A stretch of 64,000 nt of DNA, taken from a virus. Numbering within the stretch: the stretch's first letter is position 1; the number at the start of each line of letters is the position of its first letter. A program made the translations under genes and the position numbers. Below, piece after piece: positions 26,765 through 36,481 of this stretch. The notes under the pieces are model-generated. The model saw only the letters and a program-made list of their open reading frames with translations. It did no database searches and had not been told where the DNA came from. Location: the IMG/VR virus record IMGVR_UViG_3300045135_001635. One strand, 5' to 3'.

Positions 26765-27702
26765 TATTTAATCTCTACATTTGCCATCACTTCAGTGAGG
26801 CAAGCAACCAAATTAAGTTCGTGATCCGCTACGAACGCATCTTTATACTGATAGTCTGCTAAGATTAAAACCAATTGTGGTATACTTGCAGGATTCACAG
26901 CGTCGTTCATCTTGTCGTATATTCCACGAAATATCGCAGCAGGTTCTAAGTCCATGTTATTAACAACCCAAGAGCGCATACCCTTGAAGTTCTTATCCTT
27001 AATTGCCTTGAATAGAGCAGCAAACTGATCAGCTGACTTATTCGCATCTGGCAATGTATTTAGCTTTCCTGAGATGCTTGACCGTTGAATTTCATTTAAA
27101 ACACGACGCCAATCTGGAGCGTGAGTCATAATGACGTTAGCGAGTACAGCATCTTCGTATTCGATACCTTCTTTCACCATGATATCTTTAAGGCGAGCCA
27201 TAAACTGACCGCATAACTGAGCCATTGTTTTCTTATCGAAGTTAAACTCGTAAGGAGAACAACGAGAGTGTAGTGGTTCAATGATACGGTTCTTAAAGTT
27301 ACACGTCATAATGAAGCGACAGTTTTGAGAGAACTCTTCAATAAAGCCACGTAGTGCTGGTTGAGTAGATTGTGGATTAAGGTAATCTGCTTCGTCTAAG
27401 ATAACAACCTTGTAACCACCGCCAAGCGATACCGAAGAAGCAAACTGCTTAATCTTACCACGTAGGGTGTCGATGTTACCTTCTTCTGAACCGTTGATGA
27501 CGATATAATCTAACTCTAATTCCTCACAGATAGCACGAGCGACGGTTGTTTTACCCGTACCAGCCTTACCTGTAAACATCATATTCGGTAGCTCTCCGCC
27601 GTCTACGATTGCTTGGAAGGTGTCTTTTAAGTCTTTCGGTAGGATCGTATCAGCGACTGTTTGCGGTCGGTATTTTTCAACGAAAAGAAATTCTTTACTC
27701 AT
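26764..27702 (-). CDS. gp44: clamp loader large subunit
   Basis: VEKYRP, GKAGTGKTT, ILDEAD, PLHSRC. Confidence 0.97.
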   Translation of the reverse strand: MSKEFLFVEKYRPQTVADTILPKDLKDTFQAIVDGGELPNMMFTGKAGTGKTTVARAICEELELDYIVINGSEEGNIDTLRGKIKQFASSVSLGGGYKVVILDEADYLNPQSTQPALRGFIEEFSQNCRFIMTCNFKNRIIEPLHSRCSPYEFNFDKKTMAQLCGQFMARLKDIMVKEGIEYEDAVLANVIMTHAPDWRRVLNEIQRSSISGKLNTLPDANKSADQFAALFKAIKDKNFKGMRSWVVNNMDLEPAAIFRGIYDKMNDAVNPASIPQLVLILADYQYKDAFVADHELNLVACLTEVMANVEIK

Positions 27703-27758
27703 TGGTATTCCTCATAATAAAATAAAATAAAATAATGTCATGTTATACAACAGGTATG

Positions 27759-27787
27759 ATTATACAACACAATGGGGTGAAGCTCAA
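27759..27787 (-). promoter_or_regulatory. sigma70-type promoter for gp44
   Basis: TTGAGC-17-TATAAT overlapping the upstream stop codon. Confidence 0.6.
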
Positions 27788-28299
27788 GCCTTTTTGTACA
27801 CCCAACCAATAAGAGAGAATCGTCGTCCGGATTGAACTTGATCTACCTTATGTTTGGATGTTATGGGGAACATGGTACAGGTTCCAACTGCCTTAGGTAC
27901 AGCGATCCCATCGGCTTGAAGTCGACCCCCCTCGTAATCGTCGTTCAAGTTAATACTGAAGTTGTACATCCGCTTGTTTAGGTACGGAGGATCATACTCG
28001 AAGTATGGTCTGTCGTTATGCCAACCTACCCCTTCACCTGGTTGGTATTGTGATATGAACACCTCAATATAGTGAGGTACGAAGTAATCGATATCCAGAT
28101 CTAAGCATACTGTACCATGCTCTATGTTGATCAATCTCTTTACTTCGCGTGTAAGCTCATGATCATCAATACGCAGTAAACGCTGATAGCGAGACTCATG
28201 ACCCCAATCTAATCTGAAGGTCTCGTCATAGTTGGATTCGTATAAATCTAAAAATAGATCACACTGATCCTGAGTCAATATGTATCGCTGCGTAAACAT
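27784..28299 (-). CDS. Fe(II)/2-oxoglutarate oxygenase
   Basis: YQPG..WHND..SINLNDDYEGG..FP..HKV..V.SG.RFSLIGW. Confidence 0.9.
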   Translation of the reverse strand: MFTQRYILTQDQCDLFLDLYESNYDETFRLDWGHESRYQRLLRIDDHELTREVKRLINIEHGTVCLDLDIDYFVPHYIEVFISQYQPGEGVGWHNDRPYFEYDPPYLNKRMYNFSINLNDDYEGGRLQADGIAVPKAVGTCTMFPITSKHKVDQVQSGRRFSLIGWVYKKA

Positions 28300-28300
28300 T

Positions 28301-28329
28301 ATTATACCTTATGGGGCAAAGAAAGTCAA
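28301..28329 (-). promoter_or_regulatory. sigma70-type promoter abutting the oxygenase ATG
   Basis: TTGACT-17-TATAAT-A-ATG. Confidence 0.65.
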
Positions 28330-28332
28330 GTA

Positions 28333-28575
28333 TTAAAGTGAAGCTTTTAACTCAGTAAATCCGCCAACATATTCAAGTTGGTCATCTTCGTTAATTGTAA
28401 AGATTTGTGGAACTGTGCGGAAAGGGATTCCAGCAATTTCCATTAGTTGAGATTTTTCTTGACCATCAAGTTCTGATAAGTCAATGTATTCGAAAGGAAG
28501 GTCTTTCTGTTCTAAGATTCGTTTAGCTTGGATACAGTAGCCACAGCCAACTGCGCCATAAATGTGATATTTCAT
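28333..28575 (-). CDS. glutaredoxin
   Basis: CGYC, RTVPQIF, YVGGFTEL. Confidence 0.93.
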   Translation of the reverse strand: MKYHIYGAVGCGYCIQAKRILEQKDLPFEYIDLSELDGQEKSQLMEIAGIPFRTVPQIFTINEDDQLEYVGGFTELKASL

Positions 28576-28668
28576 AATGTTACCTTTTAAGTTAAATGTA
28601 TTAATATTTAGAACAAAAAACAGTATTATTATGATAAATTAAAACAATCGTATTGATTGAAAAAAGCG

Positions 28669-28971
<303 letters not shown>

Positions 28972-28974
28972 AAT

Positions 28975-28998
28975 AAAAAAAGGGGACTTAACGTCCCC
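28975..28998 (-). terminator. intrinsic terminator
   Basis: GGGGAC-GTTAA-GTCCCC followed by T7. Confidence 0.8.
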
Positions 28999-29007
28999 AA
29001 TAAAGGA

Positions 29008-29148
29008 CTATTTTTCTCGGTTTTTAATATTGTTATCGCCACCACGATGTGGTGAGCTTTTATCTTCTACCGAAGATTTTTTACTTTTACCGCGAGATAA
29101 AAGAACGCCAATTACGATAACGACTGCACCTATAATTATAAGTTCCAT
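29008..29148 (-). CDS. 46-aa membrane-anchored peptide, probably late
   Basis: Manual translation MELIIIGAVVIVIGVLLSRGKSKK..., GAGGAG RBS, TATAAATA at 29174-29181. Confidence 0.6.
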   Translation of the reverse strand: MELIIIGAVVIVIGVLLSRGKSKKSSVEDKSSPHRGGDNNIKNREK

Positions 29149-29183
29149 AACTTTTCTCCTCTGTTACAAAACCTATTTATAAT

Positions 29184-29381
29184 TTATTTTTCGGCAGAAG
29201 CTAATTGCTCGACAAGAGCAACGGCTTGTACCGCTTGGTCACGCAATTGACCAATAGTGGTGAGTTCTTCACCTTTAAACGCGCCACGCGTTACCATAGT
29301 GTCGATTACCGCTACAGTAGAGCGAGCAATACGGTTCGCGAGGTCATTTAATTGTGCTTGATCAGCTGATAATTTAGCCAT
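29184..29381 (-). CDS. hypothetical protein downstream of gp45
   Basis: STVAVIDTMVTRGAFKGEELTTIGQLRD. Confidence 0.7.
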   Translation of the reverse strand: MAKLSADQAQLNDLANRIARSTVAVIDTMVTRGAFKGEELTTIGQLRDQAVQAVALVEQLASAEK

Positions 29382-29384
29382 TAT

Positions 29385-30062
29385 CTATTCTCCGTAAGTT
29401 GATGTTTTTTCAAGGGCGATAAAGTATTCAAGGTCAGATGAAGTTGACTTCAAGTTAGATATTAATTTAGTACTAATCGAAACTTCATAATCTGAGCCAA
29501 TAAGTTTTAAGTTGTTAACGCTCATTACATATTTAAACGTAGCGCCTTCAGGATAGTCACCTTCAACTGTAATAGAGAAAGCGTTTCCTGTTTTATTTTT
29601 AGTATCAAGAACAGCTATCTCGATAGAACCGCCAGCTGGGGTAATAGAGATTTCGTCGTGACCTAAAGCAGATGAAGCGCGTTTAATCTTGTTCAATGTA
29701 TCGTTATTTAGCAAGAACTTAACTTCACATTCAGGCATTGTAATATCTTTCTTAGGAGCAGAAAGCATATCAGGATCTGAGTAGAAGTATTTGACTGATG
29801 ATAAACCAGAGCCATCAGATACTGTACAGTAATCTTCAGAGAAATCGATTTGCGGATTATCAACTAAAGTCAATACAGATAAGAATTCTGGTAAATCGTA
29901 GATACCGAATCCTTGCGGGAATGATTCGTCAACCACGGCTTTAGAAACTAAGTTCTTAGCAGGCGACATTGTTTTAATAACATTACCAGCTTCGATTACG
30001 ATGTTCTCGTTGATAGAAGCGTAGTTACGTAAGATATCGACGGTGCGATTAGATAGTTGCAT
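29385..30062 (-). CDS. gp45: sliding clamp
   Basis: MQLS..T..IL.NYASIN, FGIYDL.EFL, YFIALE; start probably ATG 30062. Confidence 0.95.
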   Translation of the reverse strand: MQLSNRTVDILRNYASINENIVIEAGNVIKTMSPAKNLVSKAVVDESFPQGFGIYDLPEFLSVLTLVDNPQIDFSEDYCTVSDGSGLSSVKYFYSDPDMLSAPKKDITMPECEVKFLLNNDTLNKIKRASSALGHDEISITPAGGSIEIAVLDTKNKTGNAFSITVEGDYPEGATFKYVMSVNNLKLIGSDYEVSISTKLISNLKSTSSDLEYFIALEKTSTYGE

Positions 30063-30094
30063 TATAGTAGTCCTCATTTCATAGTATAGATTGT

Positions 30095-30123
30095 ATTATA
30101 TAACAGTTTGGGTTAAAAGTAAA
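30095..30123 (-). promoter_or_regulatory. sigma70-type promoter for gp45
   Basis: TTTACT-17-TATAAT. Confidence 0.8.
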
Positions 30124-30130
30124 GCTTTTT

Positions 30131-31855
30131 TTAAGATATTTCACGTAGTTTACTAAAGTTCTTATCTTTAAAGAACTGTAGCTTGCGATCAAAGTGAGCG
30201 TCTTCAAGTTCAGACTTGTGAGAGATAACAAACACATTGGTATCTTCTTTTAAGGTTTCGATAATCTTCATCAAATTATCTACGCCATCATCATCTAACG
30301 AACTATCAAACGTCTCATCAAGAATCAACAAGTTAGTTGATACTGAGTTTTTCATCTTAGCGATTTGACGCCAAGTAAAGAGTAATGATAGGTCGATACG
30401 TTGCTTCTCGCCTTCCGAGAAAGAATCGTAAGAGAATGCGTCACGATAGCGTGAGCGTATCGTCTCATTGAAACTTTCGTCTAACTCGAAGTGTACGAAG
30501 AAGTCTAAGATCTGTAAATACTTGTTAGTCAGGTCATTGATAACAGGTACATACTGCTTGATAATCTTAGTCTTAATACCAGTATCTCGTAACAACTCAC
30601 CAGCTATTCTATTATAAGATGCCTTCTCATTCAAGATATATTTTTGGTCAGTTAGGTCTAATAATTCTTTATCTAAATCTTGTAATTCATCGTTAGCGTT
30701 TTTCATATCACCGGAGCTATCAGCCATCGCATCTAGCTCCGAACGGATACGGTCAACGTTACGGTTCAAACGTTCAATAGTTTGATTATTATTATTTAGA
30801 GAGTTTTGGTCATCAAGACACTGTTGTAGTTGAACCTCAAGGTCAGCAATAGACTTATCATATTCGGTCAATTGCTCTTCAGCCTTATCCATGGCTTCTT
30901 TCAACTTCTTAGCTTTCGCCGTTGCTTTTTCTTTTTTCTCGTCACGCAGTTCTTGCGCTATAGTCTGATCACAAGTAGGACAGTGATCATTCTCATCGAA
31001 AAATTTAGCGTCCTTTACAACAGCCTTGACTTGAGTAGTAAACTGAGCATTATAATGCGACAGTTTTTGGCGCTTCTCCCTTAAACCCGACAATTGAGTC
31101 GTTATCGTAGGGAGCATATCATTCACCGCGGAGGATAATAAAGTATTAGCGTCGTTAAGTCCAGCTATTTCTAACTGTATCTCGGCAATATCTTTTTCTT
31201 TATCTTTACGGTGTTGCGTATTGATAGCAGTTAAGTCTCGGATATACTTCTTTTGAGCGGATAACTTCGTCTTAACCATATCAATAGAATGGGTGTTGTT
31301 CTCGACTTCTGTTTTAAGTTGAGCAGTTTTTTCTTTCAATAATGAATTCATCTTAGAGAATATATTAATATCAAGAAGGTCTTCAATCACGTCACGTCGA
31401 GAAGTAGAATTCAACTGCATAAACGGAACAAATGACGAGGAGCCGAGAACAACTATTTGGTGGAAACTCTTATGAGACATTTGTAAAACATTCTTCTCAA
31501 GAATTTCCTGATACTCTTTCGCGTGAGCGCTCTGGTTGATCATTACATCATCTTTCCAGATCTCAAATCTTGTAGGTTTAATACCTCTTACAATTTTATA
31601 ATCTTTACCGCCTACCGTAAACTCTACTTCGGTAACGCAACCTTTATTGTTAATAGAGTTAATAAGCTGTTTCTTCGTTATATTACGGTGAGACTTACCG
31701 AATAACGCGAATGATAACGCGTCAAGCATAGTAGACTTACCTGCGCCGTTCTCACCAATAATAAGATTAGTCGGAGCGCCTGTGAAGTTAACTTCCGTGA
31801 ATTTATCTCCTGTTGAAAGGAAATTCTTCCATCGTATCTTTTCGAACCTAATCAC
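30131..31855 (-). CDS. gp46: Rad50/SbcC-like recombination ATPase
   Basis: KNFLSTG, GENGAGKS, CPTC hook, FSEGEKQRID, LDETFDSSLD. Confidence 0.97.
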   Translation of the reverse strand: MIRFEKIRWKNFLSTGDKFTEVNFTGAPTNLIIGENGAGKSTMLDALSFALFGKSHRNITKKQLINSINNKGCVTEVEFTVGGKDYKIVRGIKPTRFEIWKDDVMINQSAHAKEYQEILEKNVLQMSHKSFHQIVVLGSSSFVPFMQLNSTSRRDVIEDLLDINIFSKMNSLLKEKTAQLKTEVENNTHSIDMVKTKLSAQKKYIRDLTAINTQHRKDKEKDIAEIQLEIAGLNDANTLLSSAVNDMLPTITTQLSGLREKRQKLSHYNAQFTTQVKAVVKDAKFFDENDHCPTCDQTIAQELRDEKKEKATAKAKKLKEAMDKAEEQLTEYDKSIADLEVQLQQCLDDQNSLNNNNQTIERLNRNVDRIRSELDAMADSSGDMKNANDELQDLDKELLDLTDQKYILNEKASYNRIAGELLRDTGIKTKIIKQYVPVINDLTNKYLQILDFFVHFELDESFNETIRSRYRDAFSYDSFSEGEKQRIDLSLLFTWRQIAKMKNSVSTNLLILDETFDSSLDDDGVDNLMKIIETLKEDTNVFVISHKSELEDAHFDRKLQFFKDKNFSKLREIS

Positions 31856-32913
31856 TAAGCAATCTCCACGCTTTGGGCTTCTATCATTAACTCAGATACA
31901 ACACCTTTGATTCTATCTTTATCAAGGTCAGTATCAACTTCTTTTATATAATTGTATATTAAAGTTTCTGTATCGTCAACCTTTAAATCATCATCATTCA
32001 CATTTTCTCCACGAAACTCTTTGAAATCTTCGGCGATTTTAAGTTCGTGAATCTTTTGGCGTTGAATACGGTCTATGTATCTCTCGAACTTCTGCATATC
32101 AGAGCGGTTCGTCACTATAACTTTAACAAACTTTTCGTCTAAGTAAGATAAGTCTTCAAAGTAGTTAAGTGTAGACTCGTCATAGTATACCTTATGATAC
32201 ATTGTAAGAGGGTTTTGTACAGGCGTTAGCGTACGAGTCTCGGTATCATATATGTGAAAGTATTTTGGATCATGCGCATCAGACCACATAAACTCCATTT
32301 GAGAACCCAAATAATGAATATTACCTTGTTGCGATTTCGTATGGAAATGGCCAGATAAAACTAATTCAAACTTAGTAAGTGGTCGGGCATCCATGCCATC
32401 TTTACAGACGAATCCAGCATCCATTTCGAAGCCACTTAATTCAAAGTGACCGCCGATAACGTCCGCACCACAATTATCCAGAAACTCATTACACTGTTTT
32501 TCATTCTCAGGGCATATCCAAGGAACAAGACCAAACTTTACATCACCGTATTCACGTACGGTAGGATTCATAATAATATCCACTTCGTTGATGTAGTGAC
32601 CCATCAGTTCCTTGAGAGAATTTAACTCATTAGTGTTTTTGAAAAACGTGTCATGATTTCCAGGAATAATATCCATCTTAATACCGAACTCTCTTAGCTT
32701 ATCTAAGAATATAGAACGGTTATGCTGTAACGCTTTGATATTAATAGTCTTACGATTATCATAGTAATCGCCAAGATGAAGGATCTGATCGATACCATTC
32801 TCTTGTAAGTAAGGGAAGAACACATCCAAATAGAAGCGTTCTTGATACTTCATAAAAATATCCGACGAATTACGAACCCCACAGTGGGTGTCATTTAAGA
32901 TGGCTAATTTCAT
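31855..32913 (-). CDS. gp47: Mre11/SbcD-like nuclease
   Basis: DTHCG, HLGD, GNHD, SGHFH. Confidence 0.97.
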   Translation of the reverse strand: MKLAILNDTHCGVRNSSDIFMKYQERFYLDVFFPYLQENGIDQILHLGDYYDNRKTINIKALQHNRSIFLDKLREFGIKMDIIPGNHDTFFKNTNELNSLKELMGHYINEVDIIMNPTVREYGDVKFGLVPWICPENEKQCNEFLDNCGADVIGGHFELSGFEMDAGFVCKDGMDARPLTKFELVLSGHFHTKSQQGNIHYLGSQMEFMWSDAHDPKYFHIYDTETRTLTPVQNPLTMYHKVYYDESTLNYFEDLSYLDEKFVKVIVTNRSDMQKFERYIDRIQRQKIHELKIAEDFKEFRGENVNDDDLKVDDTETLIYNYIKEVDTDLDKDRIKGVVSELMIEAQSVEIA

Positions 32914-32943
32914 AATATACTTCTAAAGAATTAATAATAAATT

Positions 32944-32972
32944 ATTATACTATACTTTGTAAATAAAGTAAA
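32944..32972 (-). promoter_or_regulatory. sigma70-type promoter for gp47
   Basis: TTTACT-17-TATAAT. Confidence 0.8.
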
Positions 32973-32977
32973 GCTTT

Positions 32978-33562
32978 TTAATCAATAAAGTCAGATAGGT
33001 CAGAGTCAACGTTAACAGCGCGTCGTTTTCGTTTCTTTTCTTCCTTGATATATTCTTTGAATTCTTTATCAGCTTCCTTTACAACATCTATACGATGACG
33101 CAAGGTATCAACGAATGGTTGGTTTTGACCACCAGATGTATCATCACTTTCAGCTAAAAATTCGCTGAGATCAGCTTCTGATATGAATTTCATCTTGATA
33201 TCTTGTTGCTTTTTCTCTTTTTGGATACGTCGTAAGAACGCATACCAAGAGATTTGTGTGAAGTAAGCAAAGGCATTTGGATTACCTGAGCGTGTAGCAG
33301 TTTCTACATCGTAGTTTTCGATCGCCTTTAGACAATTCTCAACAGCATCCATAACCATTTCTTCGCGATACGTATAACGTACGAAGTTGGCTTTGTGTGA
33401 TAATCCCTCGGCGATACGAAGAAAACATTGAGCGACGTAATTTGGAACTTGAGGACGTGCTTCACCGTTTTTTTCTTTTTCTTTTACATCATAACAATAA
33501 TCGACTACTGCTTGAGAGAAGTCTTTATTGTTAACGTAATGCGGTTTATCTTTTGGCTTCAT
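32978..33562 (-). CDS. gp55: late-transcription sigma factor
   Basis: HYVNNKDF, IAEGLS.K.NF..YTYREEM, NAFAYFTQI..AFLRRI.KEKKQ. Confidence 0.97.
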   Translation of the reverse strand: MKPKDKPHYVNNKDFSQAVVDYCYDVKEKEKNGEARPQVPNYVAQCFLRIAEGLSHKANFVRYTYREEMVMDAVENCLKAIENYDVETATRSGNPNAFAYFTQISWYAFLRRIQKEKKQQDIKMKFISEADLSEFLAESDDTSGGQNQPFVDTLRHRIDVVKEADKEFKEYIKEEKKRKRRAVNVDSDLSDFID

Positions 33563-33590
33563 TATGTAAGTCTCTTATTAATGTAGATAT

Positions 33591-33619
33591 ATTATAGTAC
33601 TAATTTGGTAAAAAGTCAA
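33591..33619 (-). promoter_or_regulatory. sigma70-type promoter for gp55
   Basis: TTGACT-17-TATAAT. Confidence 0.8.
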
Positions 33620-34032
33620 GCTTTTTCTCCGGAAGCGACTCGTTTTCTTAACTCAGATGAAGAAAAACGGTGTTCGCGCTTATTAAAGTATAATTCTATT
33701 CCTCGACTCGCGCAAATAGCTCTCCCTGTAAACTTACCGTTCTTATACTCCTCTCCTAATATACGTACATTGATATGATACATCGAGAGGATATCTTCTA
33801 AGTCTTGTTCGGTAGCGTAAGGGATTATCTCATCAACGTAACCCACCGCCTTCAGTTGAGTGTAACGTTCAACGACAGTTTGAATAGGCATGTTCTTTTC
33901 GGGTCTGTCTATTGTAGGGTCTGTTTGTAAACCCGCAATTAGATAATCACATTGGTCTTTAGCATCACGTAACATTTGGACGTGACCAGAATGTAGTAGA
34001 TCAAAAGAAGAACAAGTAAATCCAACTTTCAT
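33616..34032 (-). CDS. TagD-like cytidylyltransferase
   Basis: FDLLHSGH (HxGH), YVDEI, R.H.FSSSELR. Confidence 0.88.
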   Translation of the reverse strand: MKVGFTCSSFDLLHSGHVQMLRDAKDQCDYLIAGLQTDPTIDRPEKNMPIQTVVERYTQLKAVGYVDEIIPYATEQDLEDILSMYHINVRILGEEYKNGKFTGRAICASRGIELYFNKREHRFSSSELRKRVASGEKA

Positions 34033-34043
34033 AAAAATATTCC

Positions 34044-34072
34044 TTTACGAATCATGATTTATAGTATATAAT
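34044..34072 (+). promoter_or_regulatory. antisense sigma70-type promoter
   Basis: TTTACG-17-TATAAT on the plus strand, no ORF behind it. Confidence 0.6.
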
Positions 34073-34105
34073 ATATCTTAGATTACAGGGAAGATAGTAT
34101 ACGCA

Positions 34106-34531
34106 TTAATGTTTCAGCATATCCGTAGTATCGCTATCAAATAATGAGATGACTTGACATTCATTAATGTAATCATCTAACTCATCTTCGAATCCTTCGG
34201 TAGCTTGTAATATCTGATCTTCTTCATCAGATTCTTTAAACTCGAACATTTCTTTAATAGCCATATCATACTGATGCATCATCTCATCACTCGGGATAGC
34301 CATACCCATAATCTTATCAGACATTATAAGCATTACGCTTAACGGCGTGTCTTGATATACCATGAACGTTCTAAACGTGTAGTACTTATATCCATCTTCA
34401 GTAGTTCTTTCAACAAGGCGATACGCATTACGTACAGCAAACGATTCAGGTGCTTCGTCTATAATTTCACAAATAACTTCTTCACCATTGACTAACTTTA
34501 GTTGTTTAATCGAAGATTCCATTATCATCAT
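34106..34531 (-). CDS. hypothetical protein downstream of uvsW (Sm-like N-terminus)
   Basis: IKQLKLVNGEEVICEI. Confidence 0.7.
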   Translation of the reverse strand: MMIMESSIKQLKLVNGEEVICEIIDEAPESFAVRNAYRLVERTTEDGYKYYTFRTFMVYQDTPLSVMLIMSDKIMGMAIPSDEMMHQYDMAIKEMFEFKESDEEDQILQATEGFEDELDDYINECQVISLFDSDTTDMLKH

Positions 34532-36032
34532 CCTTTGGTGGTTTCAAGTTTATAGGGTATATTTTATATCTAAACCCTTCTTTTGTATATATCTTGATTC
34601 TTTCGGCGCTATGTTTCAGTGTAAAGTTCTTGTGACCTTTAGTATGTAGGTCATCCGCAACGTCAAATAATTTGGTAGTACTACCGTCATCAGACTGACG
34701 TAAACCACGACCAATAGACTGTAACACTTTGACTTGTGACTTACTTGGTGTAGCAAATACAATGTTATGTAGGTTACGAATATTGATACCTGTAGAGAAC
34801 GTACCTAAACTCGCAACGATAATAGCATCGTTTTGTTTTTCTACGATACCACGTATTGATTCACGATCCGAAGCATCAACCTCACCGGAAACATAAAAGA
34901 CTTTACGGTCTTCAGAAGCCATACCTCTTATCATATCATATAATACTTTTCCGTGTTTTTCAACAAATTGAAACATCACGAGGGTATTTCCTTTCTGATC
35001 GAGCGCTAACTTACTTATAAACTTGTTACGTGGCTCATAACGTACGATGAAGTCTAACTCATCTTGGTACTTGTAGTCTTTTGCCTTATTACACTCGTCT
35101 TGATGATACTGTAGTAGTAACACCGAGATATCTAAGTCGGCAAGGGTTCCCTCTTTTTGTAATGTAACTGTCCTTGTGACAGTGAACGTTGGTCCAAATA
35201 ATCCTTCAAGAACTAACTTATTAGTTTCCGTGCCGTCCAACGTTCCTGTTAAACCAAAACGGTATTGCGCTTCCGAGCATTTGTCCATCATTGTACTGAG
35301 GGATTTTGCTTTGAACAAATGTACCTCATCACCGAATACCGTGTTGAACTGTTCATACCATTCTTTTGGAAATTTGTATATAGATTGCCAAGTTGATATG
35401 ATAATTCGTTTATCTGTTACTTTTTCTTTACCGCTGTATATTTTGTGACAGTTAGTTTCTACGTCATATCCATAGTCTTCAAAGTCTTTATACATTTGCT
35501 CTACCAAAGACGTTGTTGGAACAACTACTAATATCTTTCCTTCAGTAACTTCGTGAGCATAACGCATTAGGTTGTATATAATAAATGACTTACCCGAGCC
35601 TGTAGGGGATAGCAATAGACAGCGTTTATTTTCTACGCCGTGAGCGATTGCTTTATACTGATAGTCACGTGGCTCAAATGGTGTGCCAAGTCCAGCAAGA
35701 AACTTAATTAATGTGGGATGATCCACTTCGTCTTTTGCTGAAGGAATACCATAAACTTCATGCTCTAATATTTCAAGTTGATAAAAACGGTCTGCGCAAA
35801 AGCGTCTAAAGTGAGTATATAAGCCCACGTTCATTTGCTTCGTTACGGTGTTATATAGTTTAACTTTACCGTCCCACACCTTTCTCTTGAAGGCAGGCAT
35901 AAACTTATAGCCAGGAACAAAGAAAGAAAAGTATTCTCTCAGTTCGTGTTCTTGCGCAGGATGAGCTTCCACAGCAAAGTAGCTATGGTTTATCATTCTT
36001 ATTCTTATTTTATTATCAACTACAACGGTCAT
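34506..36032 (-). CDS. uvsW: SF2 DNA helicase
   Basis: PRDYQ, SPTGSGKS, DEVH, GLTGT, QSIGRGLR; start at ATG 36032 overlapping the uvsY stop. Confidence 0.96.
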   Translation of the reverse strand: MTVVVDNKIRIRMINHSYFAVEAHPAQEHELREYFSFFVPGYKFMPAFKRKVWDGKVKLYNTVTKQMNVGLYTHFRRFCADRFYQLEILEHEVYGIPSAKDEVDHPTLIKFLAGLGTPFEPRDYQYKAIAHGVENKRCLLLSPTGSGKSFIIYNLMRYAHEVTEGKILVVVPTTSLVEQMYKDFEDYGYDVETNCHKIYSGKEKVTDKRIIISTWQSIYKFPKEWYEQFNTVFGDEVHLFKAKSLSTMMDKCSEAQYRFGLTGTLDGTETNKLVLEGLFGPTFTVTRTVTLQKEGTLADLDISVLLLQYHQDECNKAKDYKYQDELDFIVRYEPRNKFISKLALDQKGNTLVMFQFVEKHGKVLYDMIRGMASEDRKVFYVSGEVDASDRESIRGIVEKQNDAIIVASLGTFSTGINIRNLHNIVFATPSKSQVKVLQSIGRGLRQSDDGSTTKLFDVADDLHTKGHKNFTLKHSAERIKIYTKEGFRYKIYPINLKPPKDDDNGIFD

Positions 36033-36481
36033 TAAGCACCTGCTTCGAACTGTCGCCACTGGATCATATTTTTAATCGTTTGATGGCGCCATTTTAATGT
36101 ATCAACAATATCAGTGAGAGTACTTATAAGAACTTTATTGTACTCTATTTTCTCTTCAGACTTTTGAATCTCAGGGTCACTATTGTAATAATAATCCATA
36201 TCACCTTTGAGAATTTTAAGACCATCGAATGGGTCTGGATCCCATCCTAAATCACGCAGAGTGCCTTCATCCATCTTACCTTGGTAATATAACCACTTTT
36301 GCTTTAAAAGCGTATGCTGTTGATTCTCGGCACGTTTCTTTTGTAATTTAGCCATGGCCAAGTATTGTAAATATTTCGCGTGAAGCGAAGGAGTTTGACG
36401 AGATACTTCGTCTAATTGGTGTTGAGGAATAACGTTATCTTCATTCCATTCTTTCAATACATGTTCTAAATTAATCATCAT
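36032..36481 (-). CDS. uvsY: recombination mediator
   Basis: P.LHAKYL, KWLYYQGK, IKNMIQWRQFEAG. Confidence 0.93.
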   Translation of the reverse strand: MMINLEHVLKEWNEDNVIPQHQLDEVSRQTPSLHAKYLQYLAMAKLQKKRAENQQHTLLKQKWLYYQGKMDEGTLRDLGWDPDPFDGLKILKGDMDYYYNSDPEIQKSEEKIEYNKVLISTLTDIVDTLKWRHQTIKNMIQWRQFEAGA

